Of a stretch of 64,000 nucleotides of DNA, positions 40,820-52,587 are shown one piece after another. Origin of the DNA: Microbotryum violaceum (lineage: Eukaryota); assembly GCA_001244265.2 (NCBI GenBank), contig CDLV01000004.1, positions 806,001-870,000 on the forward strand, given 5' to 3'. The notes under the pieces are model-generated. The model ran no database searches and was not told the origin of the DNA. It was given only the letters and a program-made list of their open reading frames with translations. The position numbers were made by a program, and so were the translations under genes. The stretch's first letter is position 1. Each line of letters starts with the position of its first letter.

Positions 40820-43476
40820 ATGTTCAAGTCTCGACGAAGCTCGCGCTTGGTGCTGACGACCGCCTGGCAACTCGCTGCGTCGACCGCCGTGGTTCGCTCG
40901 ACCCGCGCGATCCCGCTGCTTCAGTCACAAGCGGCTGCTGAGCTCGTTCGAAGCACCCCCGTGCCACTGGTGCGAGACGATTCGGCTGCGGTGCGCAAGC
41001 CCGTTTCCGAGGCTCGTCCCCACCCGTCTCAGCGACGTCATGCGCAGCGACCCAACCCACTGCCACTGCCACTGTCTGAGGCGCCGACGACTAGGACGAC
41101 TGCATCGCCAACCGATGGCGTGCGCGATCATGCGTCAGGCTTTTCGAACGAGCTCGCCGGTCACGCTCCTGAGGACCCCCACAAGCACGCCACTCGTCGC
41201 ACTCGAGCGCCACGCTGCCAGTCCCAGAGCGAGGTCGTGATTCTCAATTCAAGTATGGACCCCGCTTCAGCGATAACCTCGGTATGGCCACCGTCGCCAC
41301 CGCCACTTGGCGGCAAGCTGTCGCAGACCCTACCCTCACCTCCGATCGAGTCCATAATCCCTTCCGGTCACCACGCCGAGCGACAGCACGCGAGGCCTCA
41401 CAGCGCGCTCGAGGGCCAAAACTTGGCAAGGCCGGCCGAGCCACAGTCACCCTGCCGTCTCGACCAGCAAGCGACAGACGATGGGGCAACTTCTGTTCAA
41501 CGGCACGGGGAATCTCTCCCTTGTTCCCCACACTCTGACGACATCAACCACGCCATTCAAGCGTCACCGAGTCACATGACGCCAGGTCCGTTGGACCGCC
41601 CGGGCTCGGCGCCGCGGACGATGAAGGCATCCAAAGTGCCGGCCTCTCAGCTCGGCCGGCTACTACACTATGGAGGTAAGTGGAATGCCCAAGCATACCA
41701 ATGAGCGTGGCGGATCGCTACGCTATTTGAAAGCTGATGTCGTGGCTTACTGCACCCACCTGTGAAAGGTCTCGCTGCTGGTCTGGGGTTTGGGGCCGCA
41801 TCCGAGGCGATCAACCGCGTCTCCTTTGGTGCAAAGGAAAGCGAACGCGCAAGCTCCCTGTTCATGAGCGAATCCAACGTGCGCCGTCTTGTTGACAAGC
41901 TCTCGAGGATGCGAGGTGCCGCGCTCAAGCTCGGGCAATTCCTGAGTATACAAGGTGACAACCGCTCACGTACTGAACGAACGAAATGCGAACAAAAGTT
42001 GTTCCTGACACTTCCGGGACCACAGACGCGAAAATGCTACCCGAGCAAGTAGAGAATGTTTTGAAGCAAGTTCAAAACAGCGCCAACTACATGCCTTTCG
42101 ATCAGACCGAGGTGCGCAATCTGTAGCTAAGTCCGTAGACCGAAGGAAGTCTCCCGCTGACCTCTTCCCTCCACTTGTCGTCCTTTAGCGAGTGTTGGCG
42201 AGTAATTTGGGAACCGACTGGCGTACGCACTTTGATGACTTCGATATGATTCCCTTTGCCGCCGCATCGATTGGCCAGGTCCACTCCGCACGGCTGTCTA
42301 GTCGATCCTCCTTTGCGGCCCAATACCCACCTTCGATGCGCGTGGCAATCAAAGTGCAATTTCCGGGGGTGCGGGCTTCAATCAAAAATGACCTCGCCAA
42401 TCTCAAGTGGCTGCTAGTGGCGAGCTCAATACTGCCTCGAGGACTATACCTCGAGGATACGATCAAGGTGATGGAGCGCGAACTCGACGATGAATGCGAC
42501 TACGAACGCGAGGCGCTTTGCGGCACCAGGATGCGAGATCTCTTGTCCGAGTATGACATGAGTGCTCGCTTCGGAGCTCCAAGGGTCGTAGAGGAGCTAT
42601 GTGGGTCCATGGTACTCACTACGGAGTTCGTAAAGGGCGTACCCTTAGGCGAAGTCGCCTCAGAATCTCAACTTGTCCGAAATGAGGTCAGCGCCGAGCA
42701 AGCCGACGGTTCCCCAGTTGAACAGATCCCAATCGCTCATACCCGCTGCCTTTATCGCAGGTCGGCGAAAGCTTGCTTCACCTATGTCTGATGGAACTTT
42801 TTCACTTCAAATTCATGCAAACCGATCCGAATTGGAGCAATTTTTTGTACGATCGAGACACCGCCAAGGTCTGTTCTTCACCAAGTCGGGCGTACAGAGG
42901 TTCAGGACTGACCACGATTGCTTCGAAACGAACTAGATCCAATTGATCGACTTTGGCGCCACTAGGGAATACTCCGAAGACTTCGTGCAAAACTTCCGTG
43001 CTTTACTGCTCGCGGCCGTGCAAGAGAACGTAGCGGAGTGCTTGAGCGTCTCACGGGAACTAGGTTACTTGAATGGAGAGGAAAGCAAGGTAGAATTGTT
43101 TTGTCATTCCTCGGAGTGCTAAGAAGGAATTTGGTAGAGCACTGAGCACGCTTCATGTCTTGAGCAGGAAATGGTGAGAGCCCACTTGGCCTCGCTTTCA
43201 GCATTGGGGGTGCCCTTCCGCGCCACCTCGCCAACACCTTTCCCATTTGGCGATCTCGGACCTGCGATCACTTCAACTATTCGGGAACAAATACCCATAA
43301 TGCTCAAATATCGCTTGCGGCCTCCCCCAACAGAGACATACAGTCTCAACCGCAAACTCAGCGGCGTGTTCCTGTTGTGCGAGCGTTTAGGCAGCCATGT
43401 CAACGCTCGTGAATTGTTGGATGATCGTCTGGGGACTACGCTGTTTTCTCGAGCTAAGGCGGTGGGACTCGGCTAG
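40820..43476 (+). CDS. COQ8: ABC1/UbiB family atypical kinase, COQ8 (ADCK3/4) orthologue, about 7 exons
   Basis: [82 protein letters not shown]. Canonical GT-AG introns; Arg/Ser-rich mitochondrial-type N-terminus. Confidence 0.93.
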
Positions 43477-44779
43477 TAGACTTATCAGCATCCGGATAAA
43501 TCTCAGTGTGACAGTCAAGATGTGACGAGTGCCACATCTTTGTGCGCTCATTTCTGACGGCGGAGCTGGCTTGCTTAATGCACAGTCTTTTGATTTGGTC
43601 CAAGGCACAATTATCCGAGACTGAGATGGTTATCAAAATTCCAGCTAAGCTACACAAGAGAGACGCATGTTGATTATTTCCGGAGACATTTGAAAGTACT
43701 CGGGAAGAATGAGTTCCTCATTTGCAACACTACCTCAATGACCCGGTATCCTGCCAAAGTCTCTCAGACCCGTAGAAATCAACGGAAGATGCTTAATACT
43801 TGGTCACTACATCTACCTTGAAGTCTCCTGGAAACAGTCGAGACTTCTAATGGATCGAAGCCGAGGCGCCGAAGCGTACACGTGCGGCCGCGCGCCTGGT
43901 GGTGGCCATGAGGCCCAGCTTGGACCCCGCTCTCAGCCGCGTCGCAAAGGTTCAGCCTCACAGGCGCCAGCCGGTGCACGCGGGGTGACCAGTGAGGCGC
44001 GCTCGCCTCACCTCCTCTGCGGACGCTCTCAAGGCCACCTCGCGGCTTCCACCTGGGACCTAAGCTCAACTATAAGCCCTCCCTCTTGGAGGGGCTTAGG
44101 ACTTATCGGCGCGCCTGGCCCAGTTGCCCTGCGAAATTTCAGGGCCGTTTTGGGGTGGTTCTCTGTAGCGTGGCAAGTACTTACAATTATCCAAAACGCA
44201 GAGATTTTATTTATCTTCTACTAGAAAAAATCCTGTGCCGAACGACAAGAGGATACCCCATCTGTAAGCGAAGCTATAATGATCTGAAGTGTGCAAACTT
44301 GGTCAATTTGGTCCCGAGTGGTCCGTGCGGCAGCACGCTGCTGCAGCCGCCGGCTTGCGCACTTCGGCGTGTGCGCATCGGTTTCTCTCCCGTCCCATTC
44401 CGCATCACTCGTCTTCTCGGTACTATGCTCTTCGCTTGTTATCAGTGCAACACCGTGCTTATCTCAGAATGATGTGCAACCGCAGACGCTATGACTCAAC
44501 GACTCGCCAGGATCGCCGCCGTCAAGCGGATCTATTCGCTCGGTTTCGGCTTCACAAGCTCTCGCTATGTCAATACCTCTCGTGGTATTTCAGCCCATCA
44601 ACACAACATGATCGTGTTCACAATCATAGGACAAAGCTCTTCAACAGTAATTGGACCCAGCTCTAGCATGTACTTGATCTCATCATACAACTCGCCCGCG
44701 AAGATGGCCCAACGCACGAGGCCGAATCAAAGATTGGATCGCCAACCAGGTGGGTAACACTCCACAATGATTAAGTCAG

Positions 44780-46720
44780 ACTGCACAGGTAGGTTGCAAG
44801 TGTTTAAGAGGCCTTGTCGCGTTCTTGTATACTGATCTGATATGCTGAAGGAGATGAAACGAACCAAATCCGCCTTCATCTCTAGCCACGACATGGCTCC
44901 CGAAGTCTTGGCATCTGATCAGATTGACGCACGCCTCGACGCAACAGTCGAAAGCAACTCTTTCATCAGTGGACGCATCCGCAACCTGTTGTCTCACTGC
45001 GGAGACCCACCACCAGTCGAAGAATCAAACTGCGACAAACTCGGCTCGGATTCTACGGACGTTGACATGGAGGACGCTCAAGAGGATAGCTCTGGGTCGG
45101 ATGCAGAACGGGGGTGTTTCAAGGAGCAACATGTATCATTTGTGCATAATTATTGCCTGAGCTTAGCCCCTTGGTCAAAGTCAAATTGATGATGGCGTTT
45201 AGTGACTTGTCGCAGCTTTGTCGCTCGATAATGGGTCAGATCGCCTTCGCGTGTAACCGAAGAAATAATGCTATGCAGCATCGCAACGGTCTCATGGCTC
45301 TCGCTTGTGGAGCGAACGATCGGTTGACGACGTTCCTGTACGACTGTGGCCTCACGACCTCGCGCCGTACAACTCGACGAGCAGCTTTGAGCCTGACAAT
45401 GGCCAATCTGGCGTTGCTGAAGGAGATCAGGCCAACCCGCTACTTCCATGTCACTCTTGACAACATCGACGTTGCACATCACGTCAATGATGAACACCTT
45501 GATCGACGTTCCGAGCTGCTTCATGGGACTTTCGGATATGCGCACGTTCAGAATGGAGACGTGGCCAACGCGTACGACCTTCAAGCATACATTGCGCATC
45601 AAGCATTGTTACCTCCGGTCGATGTAAACCTTCCCTTGCCCGCTGAAGCGTCTGAGGAGGCCTTCGCCACAGGGTTCTCCGCCCAGATGTATCGAGCGCT
45701 TGCTCGACTGGTTCCTCATCTCGGCCTCACGCTTCACGATTCTCGGTGCAGACCAGAGCCAATCGAACAACTGGATGTCCGAAAACCCGAAATTACTTTG
45801 CTTCAGATGATGGACGAATCCGATACATCCACCGCAGATGTAACAAAAGTCATCAACCGTCTGCGGATGCAAATCGGACTCTCGGAGAAAAAATATGCGG
45901 ACTCTCTACGGATACTCGAATGTGATGGCGGGACCTCAATGCTTGTCGAGTCACTTCGTGGGAACCGCTTTCCGTTTCGACGACTGTAGGATGGACTAGG
46001 GACTACAATTACAGTTCCAGGCGTGGCTCATTTGCAGTGGTGCATTGGGGCAGCAATCTACCGACGATACTTTGGGGATCCGTTGGAAGGATCGAAATAT
46101 CGAGGGTCGCTTTTCATCACCGCTAATCTACTTGGCCGCAAAGGACTGGACCTCGGAAAAATTAAGGACTACAACCAAATGGAAAGGCTGCTTCGAGACA
46201 CCGCTCAACTGGAGCTGTTGGGCTGTCTTCTGTGAGTGATATGGTCTCAAACTATGCACATAAAGCCAAGGGCAAAATAATTTTATGCGCTGCTAACAGC
46301 TCGTTCTGTTATGCATGCAGACAAGAACTTGGCCTCATATCAATTGACGAGCTCAGACAAACCCACCTCACTGGACTCGATGTCGCGAACATGAAGGTCT
46401 TCGATCGATACTTGCACTCTGACGCTGTGCAGCGAGCAAAGGTGAACATGGAAAAGGCTCCCGTGTTCTATGATTCGCTCCGTCGGCTGCGCGACTTGGT
46501 CGATTTCGAGGAAGGGTATTACGCCACTTTGCAAGGAGACATTGGTCGACTCATCCATGGTTGGGAGCGCATGTCTCCCTTCCTCCAGGCCGCTGAAGGC
46601 GTTCCCCACTACCGAACGCATCTGCCACACTTACTCCTTCTACTCAAGTCCTCGCCAAATTTGTCGACCAAGAGGAGTCTGAGCTTCTTGCGTAACTCAA
46701 TCAGGTCAACTCGATCTTCT
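44780..46720 (+). pseudogene. DUF6589-like putative transposase, disabled and 3'-truncated
   Basis: RNNAMQ..GL…G, TLDNID, HGTFGY, ECDGGT and VPGVAHLQW motifs resemble the DUF6589 family as I recall it. In-frame TAG at 45987; intron about 46232-46320. Confidence 0.65.
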
Positions 46721-47013
46721 TGAGTCAATTGTGATCTCCAGTGAGCAGCCCGAGAGCGAGGGGTAGGCAGTTCGGGGGTTGTGTTGGTTGATTGATGGTC
46801 CCTCGATGTCGTTGGCCTTGCCCTCAAAGCTGATCGTAAGGGCGACTCTCTGAACTCAATCGATGGAGACCGACGAGGTGTGCCCTTGACAGGTGTCGGC
46901 GTTTGTACGGGCATGGTGGATCATGAGGGCGGTAGCGACGTCGTGGACTGGCGTTGTGGACCGAAGGTGAGACCGCTGATTCACGTCGGCGCGAAGAACC
47001 GTCCCTCTGGGTC

Positions 47014-47096
47014 CACCTCGGGCAGGCATAAAAAATACGCCTAAACAGGCGCGCGCGCAGCGCCCCCTCACGTGCCTTCGAAGTCACTGCCCCAGC
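47014..47096 (+). repeat. conserved element terminus CACCTCGGGCAG…, copy 2
   Basis: Near-identical to 12191-12273; homology stops exactly where the long-TIR element begins. Confidence 0.8.
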
Positions 47097-49504
47097 CGGC
47101 TTGTATACATGTAAGGATATATCCTTACACATGAGTTAAGGTCAATACACAACCAAATCTGTTCATCTTGATATTGTAACATCAACATATAACTATTTCT
47201 GAATGGTGTCTGCAAGGACTACATGATAGCATGTGTATTGCAAGACTTGTAGTGATTCAAAATTTCTGTGTCCTTACCGCACCTCCCGTATCCTTACCGC
47301 ACCCTCGTATCCTTACATGTGTCGACATGTGTAAGGATACGCCCGCGCGCGCACGTGCCATGTGGAACGACAGGAGGCGCACTCAGCTCGAAGCCTTTGT
47401 TCACATTTGTTCACCTAATTGTCCCCACACCGCCCATCGACGTCAACACCGTGGCACTGTTTGACTTTTGCGAACCAGCCAATTGCGACCTCCAGCTTTG
47501 TGCCAGCAGGCACGGACTCAAATCTTTCATCAATGAGATTGCGGAACCGCCAACTTCCCGACCGTGACGCCGGGCCCTGGGCTCGGACTCGTTCTGGAGC
47601 TGGAGACCGGCCTCAATGGCGGACTCCCAAGTCGAGATTCAAATTCCCAAGCATCAAACGCCAATCAACGGTAGGAACCAATCGTCGAAGCCATTTTACA
47701 ACTCCATTTAAGCGGGGGAGTTATAGTAGCCCAGTAGTCAGTTAATCACTTAGCGAACCCCGCCCTCCCAAGACGATTAAAACTGGACGCTAATCATCAC
47801 TTTTTTCGGCAGACCTGGCTCGAGACACTTCACTCGTTCACCGTCGATCATCCGGTTCTGCCAAGCGCTGTCACGTTGAATGATCCCGACCGAACTCTCG
47901 TCGAATTACATCTTCAACGAGCCGGGTATTGCACTGCCTGCAACTGCATTCAGATTGAGGTGTCCCCAAGACGACAATTTGTGGTTGACTGGCCCCTTCT
48001 CATCTCAAGTCTCCACCTGCCTTCGCATTCGCTGGAAACGTTGTCGGACGTCCTCGCCTCAATCGTTGGGCAACCGTTGAAATTGTACACAGAGGCAAAG
48101 AACTCAGGCCGTCGGCATCACAAGCGCAATTGCCCCGGAGGCTCTTACGTGCAATTCGTTTCAATCACCTCGCTCCCCCGTGTGATTGTGATCAACATCA
48201 ACAATATTTACCCGGAACATCCACTGGCCCCAGCTGAGCTACGCTTCGGTGTTTCGGACCAAATGCCAGAGATGGTCTGGCGCCTTCGTCAGGAGTGTAC
48301 AACATCAACAATTCACATTTTGTTACGAACGCGACGGTTGGATACGGGCAAGAGGCCGCATGCTCTCATTTCGACGCAATCAAAGGCTCTCTCGCTAGGC
48401 CGATAGGGGACAGGAACGCTGGCGGATTAGTTTCCGTTCTTTTCTACGAGCTAGAACAGGAGTCATTGAACTTCTTGCAAGCCTTCAACCTAATGCTAAC
48501 GCGGCAGTGGCACGAAATGTGGATTCTATACCATGAGCCCTCCGATCCTACCGATATTGGCATTAAAGTGTCAAGTCTACCACCCAAAGGGACTCTTGAA
48601 GAAGGACAAGGTGTCTGGAAGATGGAAGATGCGACGGCTTTTTTTCATGAATGCGAGATAGTGAGTGTCAGGAACGCCAAAAAAGCAGATCAATAGAGCT
48701 GACGATGCTTTCCTCTTACAATGTTTTCCAGCGGTGCAGTGCTCCTGGAGGAAATCACAGTGGGGAACATTCATGTTGATGGCAAGTTTGACTCACAAAG
48801 TTGTGCCCAAGTGGTCCAGTGAAGTTTTGGCCTTGTCAATCACTAATGTAGTGTACAGTAGGGGCTATGATAGCGGTCAGCAATAGTATGTATAGCTAAA
48901 CTTAGGGCAAAAATGGGCATGGCGATACTTTGACAACCACTGGTGTGCGGAAAGAGTCGATTATTCACCAGCAGCAGCCAGTGCTCTTTGCGCGCGAGCG
49001 TATCCTTACGCATGTCACGTGCGCGCGCGGGCGTATCCTTACGCATGTCACGTGCGCGCGCGGGCGTATCCTTTTTTTTTGATTTATTTGATAGAAAAAA
49101 AGGTGAGACTCCTTTCGGTGGAATGGGAAAGATTCAATTCGACGCGAAGTCAAATTAGGTTGTGGATGTAAAGTTTGCAACTAGCAAATGACCTAAGCTC
49201 GGTTATAAACCTCACTGCTATAGGTGCTTACCCGAGCACAAGAATTGAACACATGTCGACACATGTAAGGATACGAGGGTGCGGTAAGGATACGGGAGGT
49301 GCGGTAAGGATACGGGAGGTGCGGTAAGGACACAGAAATTTTGAATCACTACAAGTCTTGCAATACACATGCTATCATGTAGTCCTTGCAGACACCATTC
49401 AGAAATAGTTATATGTTGATGTTGCAATATCAAGATGAACAGATTTGGTTGTGTATTGACCTTAACTCATGTGTAAGGATATATCCTTACATGTATACAA
49501 GCCG
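47097..49504. mobile_element. non-autonomous DNA element with about 240-bp near-perfect TIRs
   Basis: TIRs 47097-47332 and 49249-49504 differ by one substitution I could see and one extra 20-bp unit. GTAAGGATAC-based internal repeats, including 31-bp tandem units at about 48990-49071. No TSD found. Confidence 0.9.
47800..48696 (+). pseudogene. USP/peptidase C19-like C-terminal remnant
   Basis: CTAC..NC, SLPRVIVINI, WRLR/GVYNINNSHFVT…HFDAIKG resemble USP finger, LP-box and His-box. Frameshifted; Cys box not found. Confidence 0.4.
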
Positions 49505-49586
49505 ACGCGAGGCGCGACGTGTACCCCCGGGGGTACACAGTGGGACACTTCTCTTTCTCACCCCTAAACCCCACTCCAAGTCCAAC

Positions 49587-51030
49587 ATGGCACCACGCGC
49601 CACCGAGGGCGAGCGCGCTTGGCTCGACATCGACTCGCATCTCATCCGTGACAATTCCGGCCAATGGCGTGTCCGTTGTGAACTTTGCAACAAACACTAC
49701 AAGCTGCCTGGGGGGTACAGGTCACTCGACGCCCCAACTGTAGCACCGGAACATGCACATGAGGCCAAACGAAACCTGAAAAAACATATCATTCGTATAC
49801 ACAAGCGCACGTTCAATCCGTCTACGGTCGACAGTCGGTACAGATGCAACGAGGCGGCGTTTGAGCTGATCGGTACCGACCGTGAGGTCCAAGCGGTGAG
49901 TGCTAAACAGCTTTCCCAGGAGATCAGATACAAAATATGTGGAATTCGGCTAAACCTTTGTTTATGTACTTATTTGATCTGATTAGGGTTTTGGCCACCT
50001 GAAGAAAAGATACCGCCGGCAGTTGCAGGCCAAGCTTGACATGTTGGAGGCGCCGGGGAAAGCGGACCGTGCGAGGCACGACGAGTGGGCGGCGGAAAGG
50101 GCGCGTCGGCTGGCGATGGAACCCAAAGACATCATGACTCAAGACCCAATCCCGAGGACGTCAAAAATTTTGACTATGAGGTCCGGGAGGAGATCGACTA
50201 CGTCATGTGGCCTGTTTGGGATGAATGGGCAGGGTACAAAGGGAATGGACGTCTGCCTCGGAGCCTGTTGACCGTGCTCATCCATTGGAGGAACGTGTTG
50301 TTCGATGCATACGATAACCAGAAGCGAAAGAGAGGTGGAGGGAGCGCGAGAGTTTTGAAGGAGTATAGGACCCGCATCCAAGACTTCGACGATATCCTCG
50401 CGCGCATTTTCACCGTCCCCGTTGACATTGCCGCCGAACATGAGGAATCGCGCCTATTCAGTGAAATCCTTTCACCCCTGTACCAAGAGTGCCAACGCCC
50501 CCTCCCTGAGGACGATGTAAGGACCGACGAGGACCAGGAGGAGAGTGACCACCTTTTAAGATGGATCCGAAAGGCGTACCGCCCTTTTCTCGGGAAACGT
50601 GTCCCGGACGATTACCGGGATCAGTTAGAAAGCGAACATCGCACCTGGCAAGCAGCGCTCAGACTATTTGCAACGACGGTGCTCGTCCACGTTCTCAAAC
50701 CTCCCAAGCCGCCCACCGATGCGGACCTCGAGCCCGAAAGGAAGAAGATCTGGGACTCCTGGATTGTTGAGTGTGCCCACATGTGGTTGGCGCTGTCGAG
50801 CAAACAGAGGGACGCGTATTGTTGGATGCGCAAGAAGGGGTCCGGCGGAGAGGGCGCCGCGTCGACCTCGGGGCACGAGAGGAGGACGCGATATCGGAAC
50901 ACAGTTCGGCGACCGGCCAACATTCCGACCACGGATCGGCAGCCGGTTCGGAGGCCGAAAGCAACCTCTCCACCCTCTCCGAGCTGACCAGCCTGAGCGA
51001 GCTGGAGCGCGGCCTGGATACTGGGACATG
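49587..51030 (+). CDS. BED/C2H2-like zinc-finger TE accessory protein, probably frameshifted
   Basis: WRVRCELCNKHY…NLKKHIIRIH; intron 49896-49986 (GTGAGT..TTAG); 300-aa helical ORF 50085-50987. Confidence 0.55.
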
Positions 51031-51423
51031 AGGCACCATGAGTGTCAATTCACCGGTTAGGCGATGACCGTCCCGAATTTTCCGTGAGCGTGTGTAGCTG
51101 TCTAGCTTGTATGTTGTGTTAATGGAGATCCTGCTCTGCAATCATGATTCACCTCGAGGTACAACGCACTCCGAAGGCGGAAATTCTAGTTTAATCTTAA
51201 ACCTTAGGGCAGGGCGTAGATACACTACAACAGAGTCCTGCGCCTTCGGAAACGAGGAAGCCGCGACGGTATGCTTCATCAATTCTAGGACACTCTTAAC
51301 AAGCACTGTACAACCGGCGTGGTGGTGTGTACCCCCGGAGGTACACATGACCGGTGCCCTCTCCAGCTGTGTACTCCCGGGGTTCCACGGCTCAGGCGCG
51401 GTCCGTCGCCGACGTCCTTGCTG

Positions 51424-51880
51424 ACTGCACTACAACAAACTTCCACGCACCCGTTCAGAGCTCAGGATGTGTCTGCAGTTAATGAATGTAACACCCCCCT
51501 GCGACGAAACCGACGACATATTCGTTTGCTACATCCGACTTGCACTCTGAAAAGCCCGCAAGGCCAACGCACTTCTCTAGCTGAATCTCCGTTCGAACCA
51601 CCGAGCAGAGCGAAACTGTACTAGAACAATCTTCCACGCACCCGTTCGAAGCTCAGGATGTGTCTGCAGTTACTGAACCGGATACCCTCCTGCGACAAGA
51701 CCGACGAAAGATTTGTTTGCTACATCCAACTTGCACTCTGAAAAGCCCGCAAGGCCAACGCACTCCCTAACTGAATCTCCGTTCGAACTACCGAGCAGAG
51801 CGAAACTGCACTACAACAAACTTCCACGCTCCCGCTCAAAGCCCAGGATGTGTCTGAAGTTACCGAAAGGATTAACCTCC
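51424..51880. repeat. tandem repeat, about 190-bp unit x about 2.4
   Basis: Units start at 51424, 51615 and 51805 (ACTGCACTACAACAAACTTCCACGC…). Confidence 0.85.
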
Positions 51881-51946
51881 TGCGGTTGGAGAATCGGACA
51901 TGTTATTATACAGTGATCTGCCACCGGTGACCGGCTTGGCACCCCC

Positions 51947-52056
51947 GGGGTACACAAGGCGCAAGCGGGAAAGCGCCTGCGTACTCCCGGTACACAAGGC
52001 GCAAGCGGGGCCCCGGGAGTACGCAGGCGCTTTCCCGCTTGCGCCTTGTGTACCCC
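51947..52056. repeat. 44-bp perfect inverted repeat (hairpin) with 22-nt loop
   Basis: 51947-51990 is the reverse complement of 52013-52056. Confidence 0.9.
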
Positions 52057-52587
52057 CGGGAGTACACAGCCCCTACTATGTCCTTGGCCGATGGACCAAT
52101 ATCCGACTACATAAACTATCACGTCAACGGAGTAGGTATGCGGTGACGTATTTCATTGATTTTTGCTGACATATTATCGCAAGCACTGTACAACGGAGCG
52201 CCGTTGGACGCGTCTGGACCCACTTCGGGGTGCTGTTGGAACAGAACAACTACAGCAACACCAATCCTCACCGCCCCCCGCCCCCTCTGGCAACGTTCCC
52301 AAACCTGAACCTGCAAATGTCAGCACCGATGCGCACCAATTTTTAGTTTTCAACTTAGCAGAACCTTCAAGCTTGTCACGTACTGCGGTTCGGTGAGTGT
52401 GGCCGTAGCGACCGGCTCGTGGGATCATGGTCGTCAACGCGTCAACGCCTCATTAAGGCTGACATCCATTTTACTTTTGTGCACTGGCGTCCACATTCCA
52501 CCATGTGCGATATGGGCCGCATACAAAAACCAAAGTCCTTCAATAACAAATAAACTACAGTCAACAAATGCGCCAAACCATCCCTAG

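Noticed and set aside
44650-44757. GSPTRW as a hAT transposase motif
   Set aside because: Isolated short match in a stop-ridden frame with no other hAT motifs.
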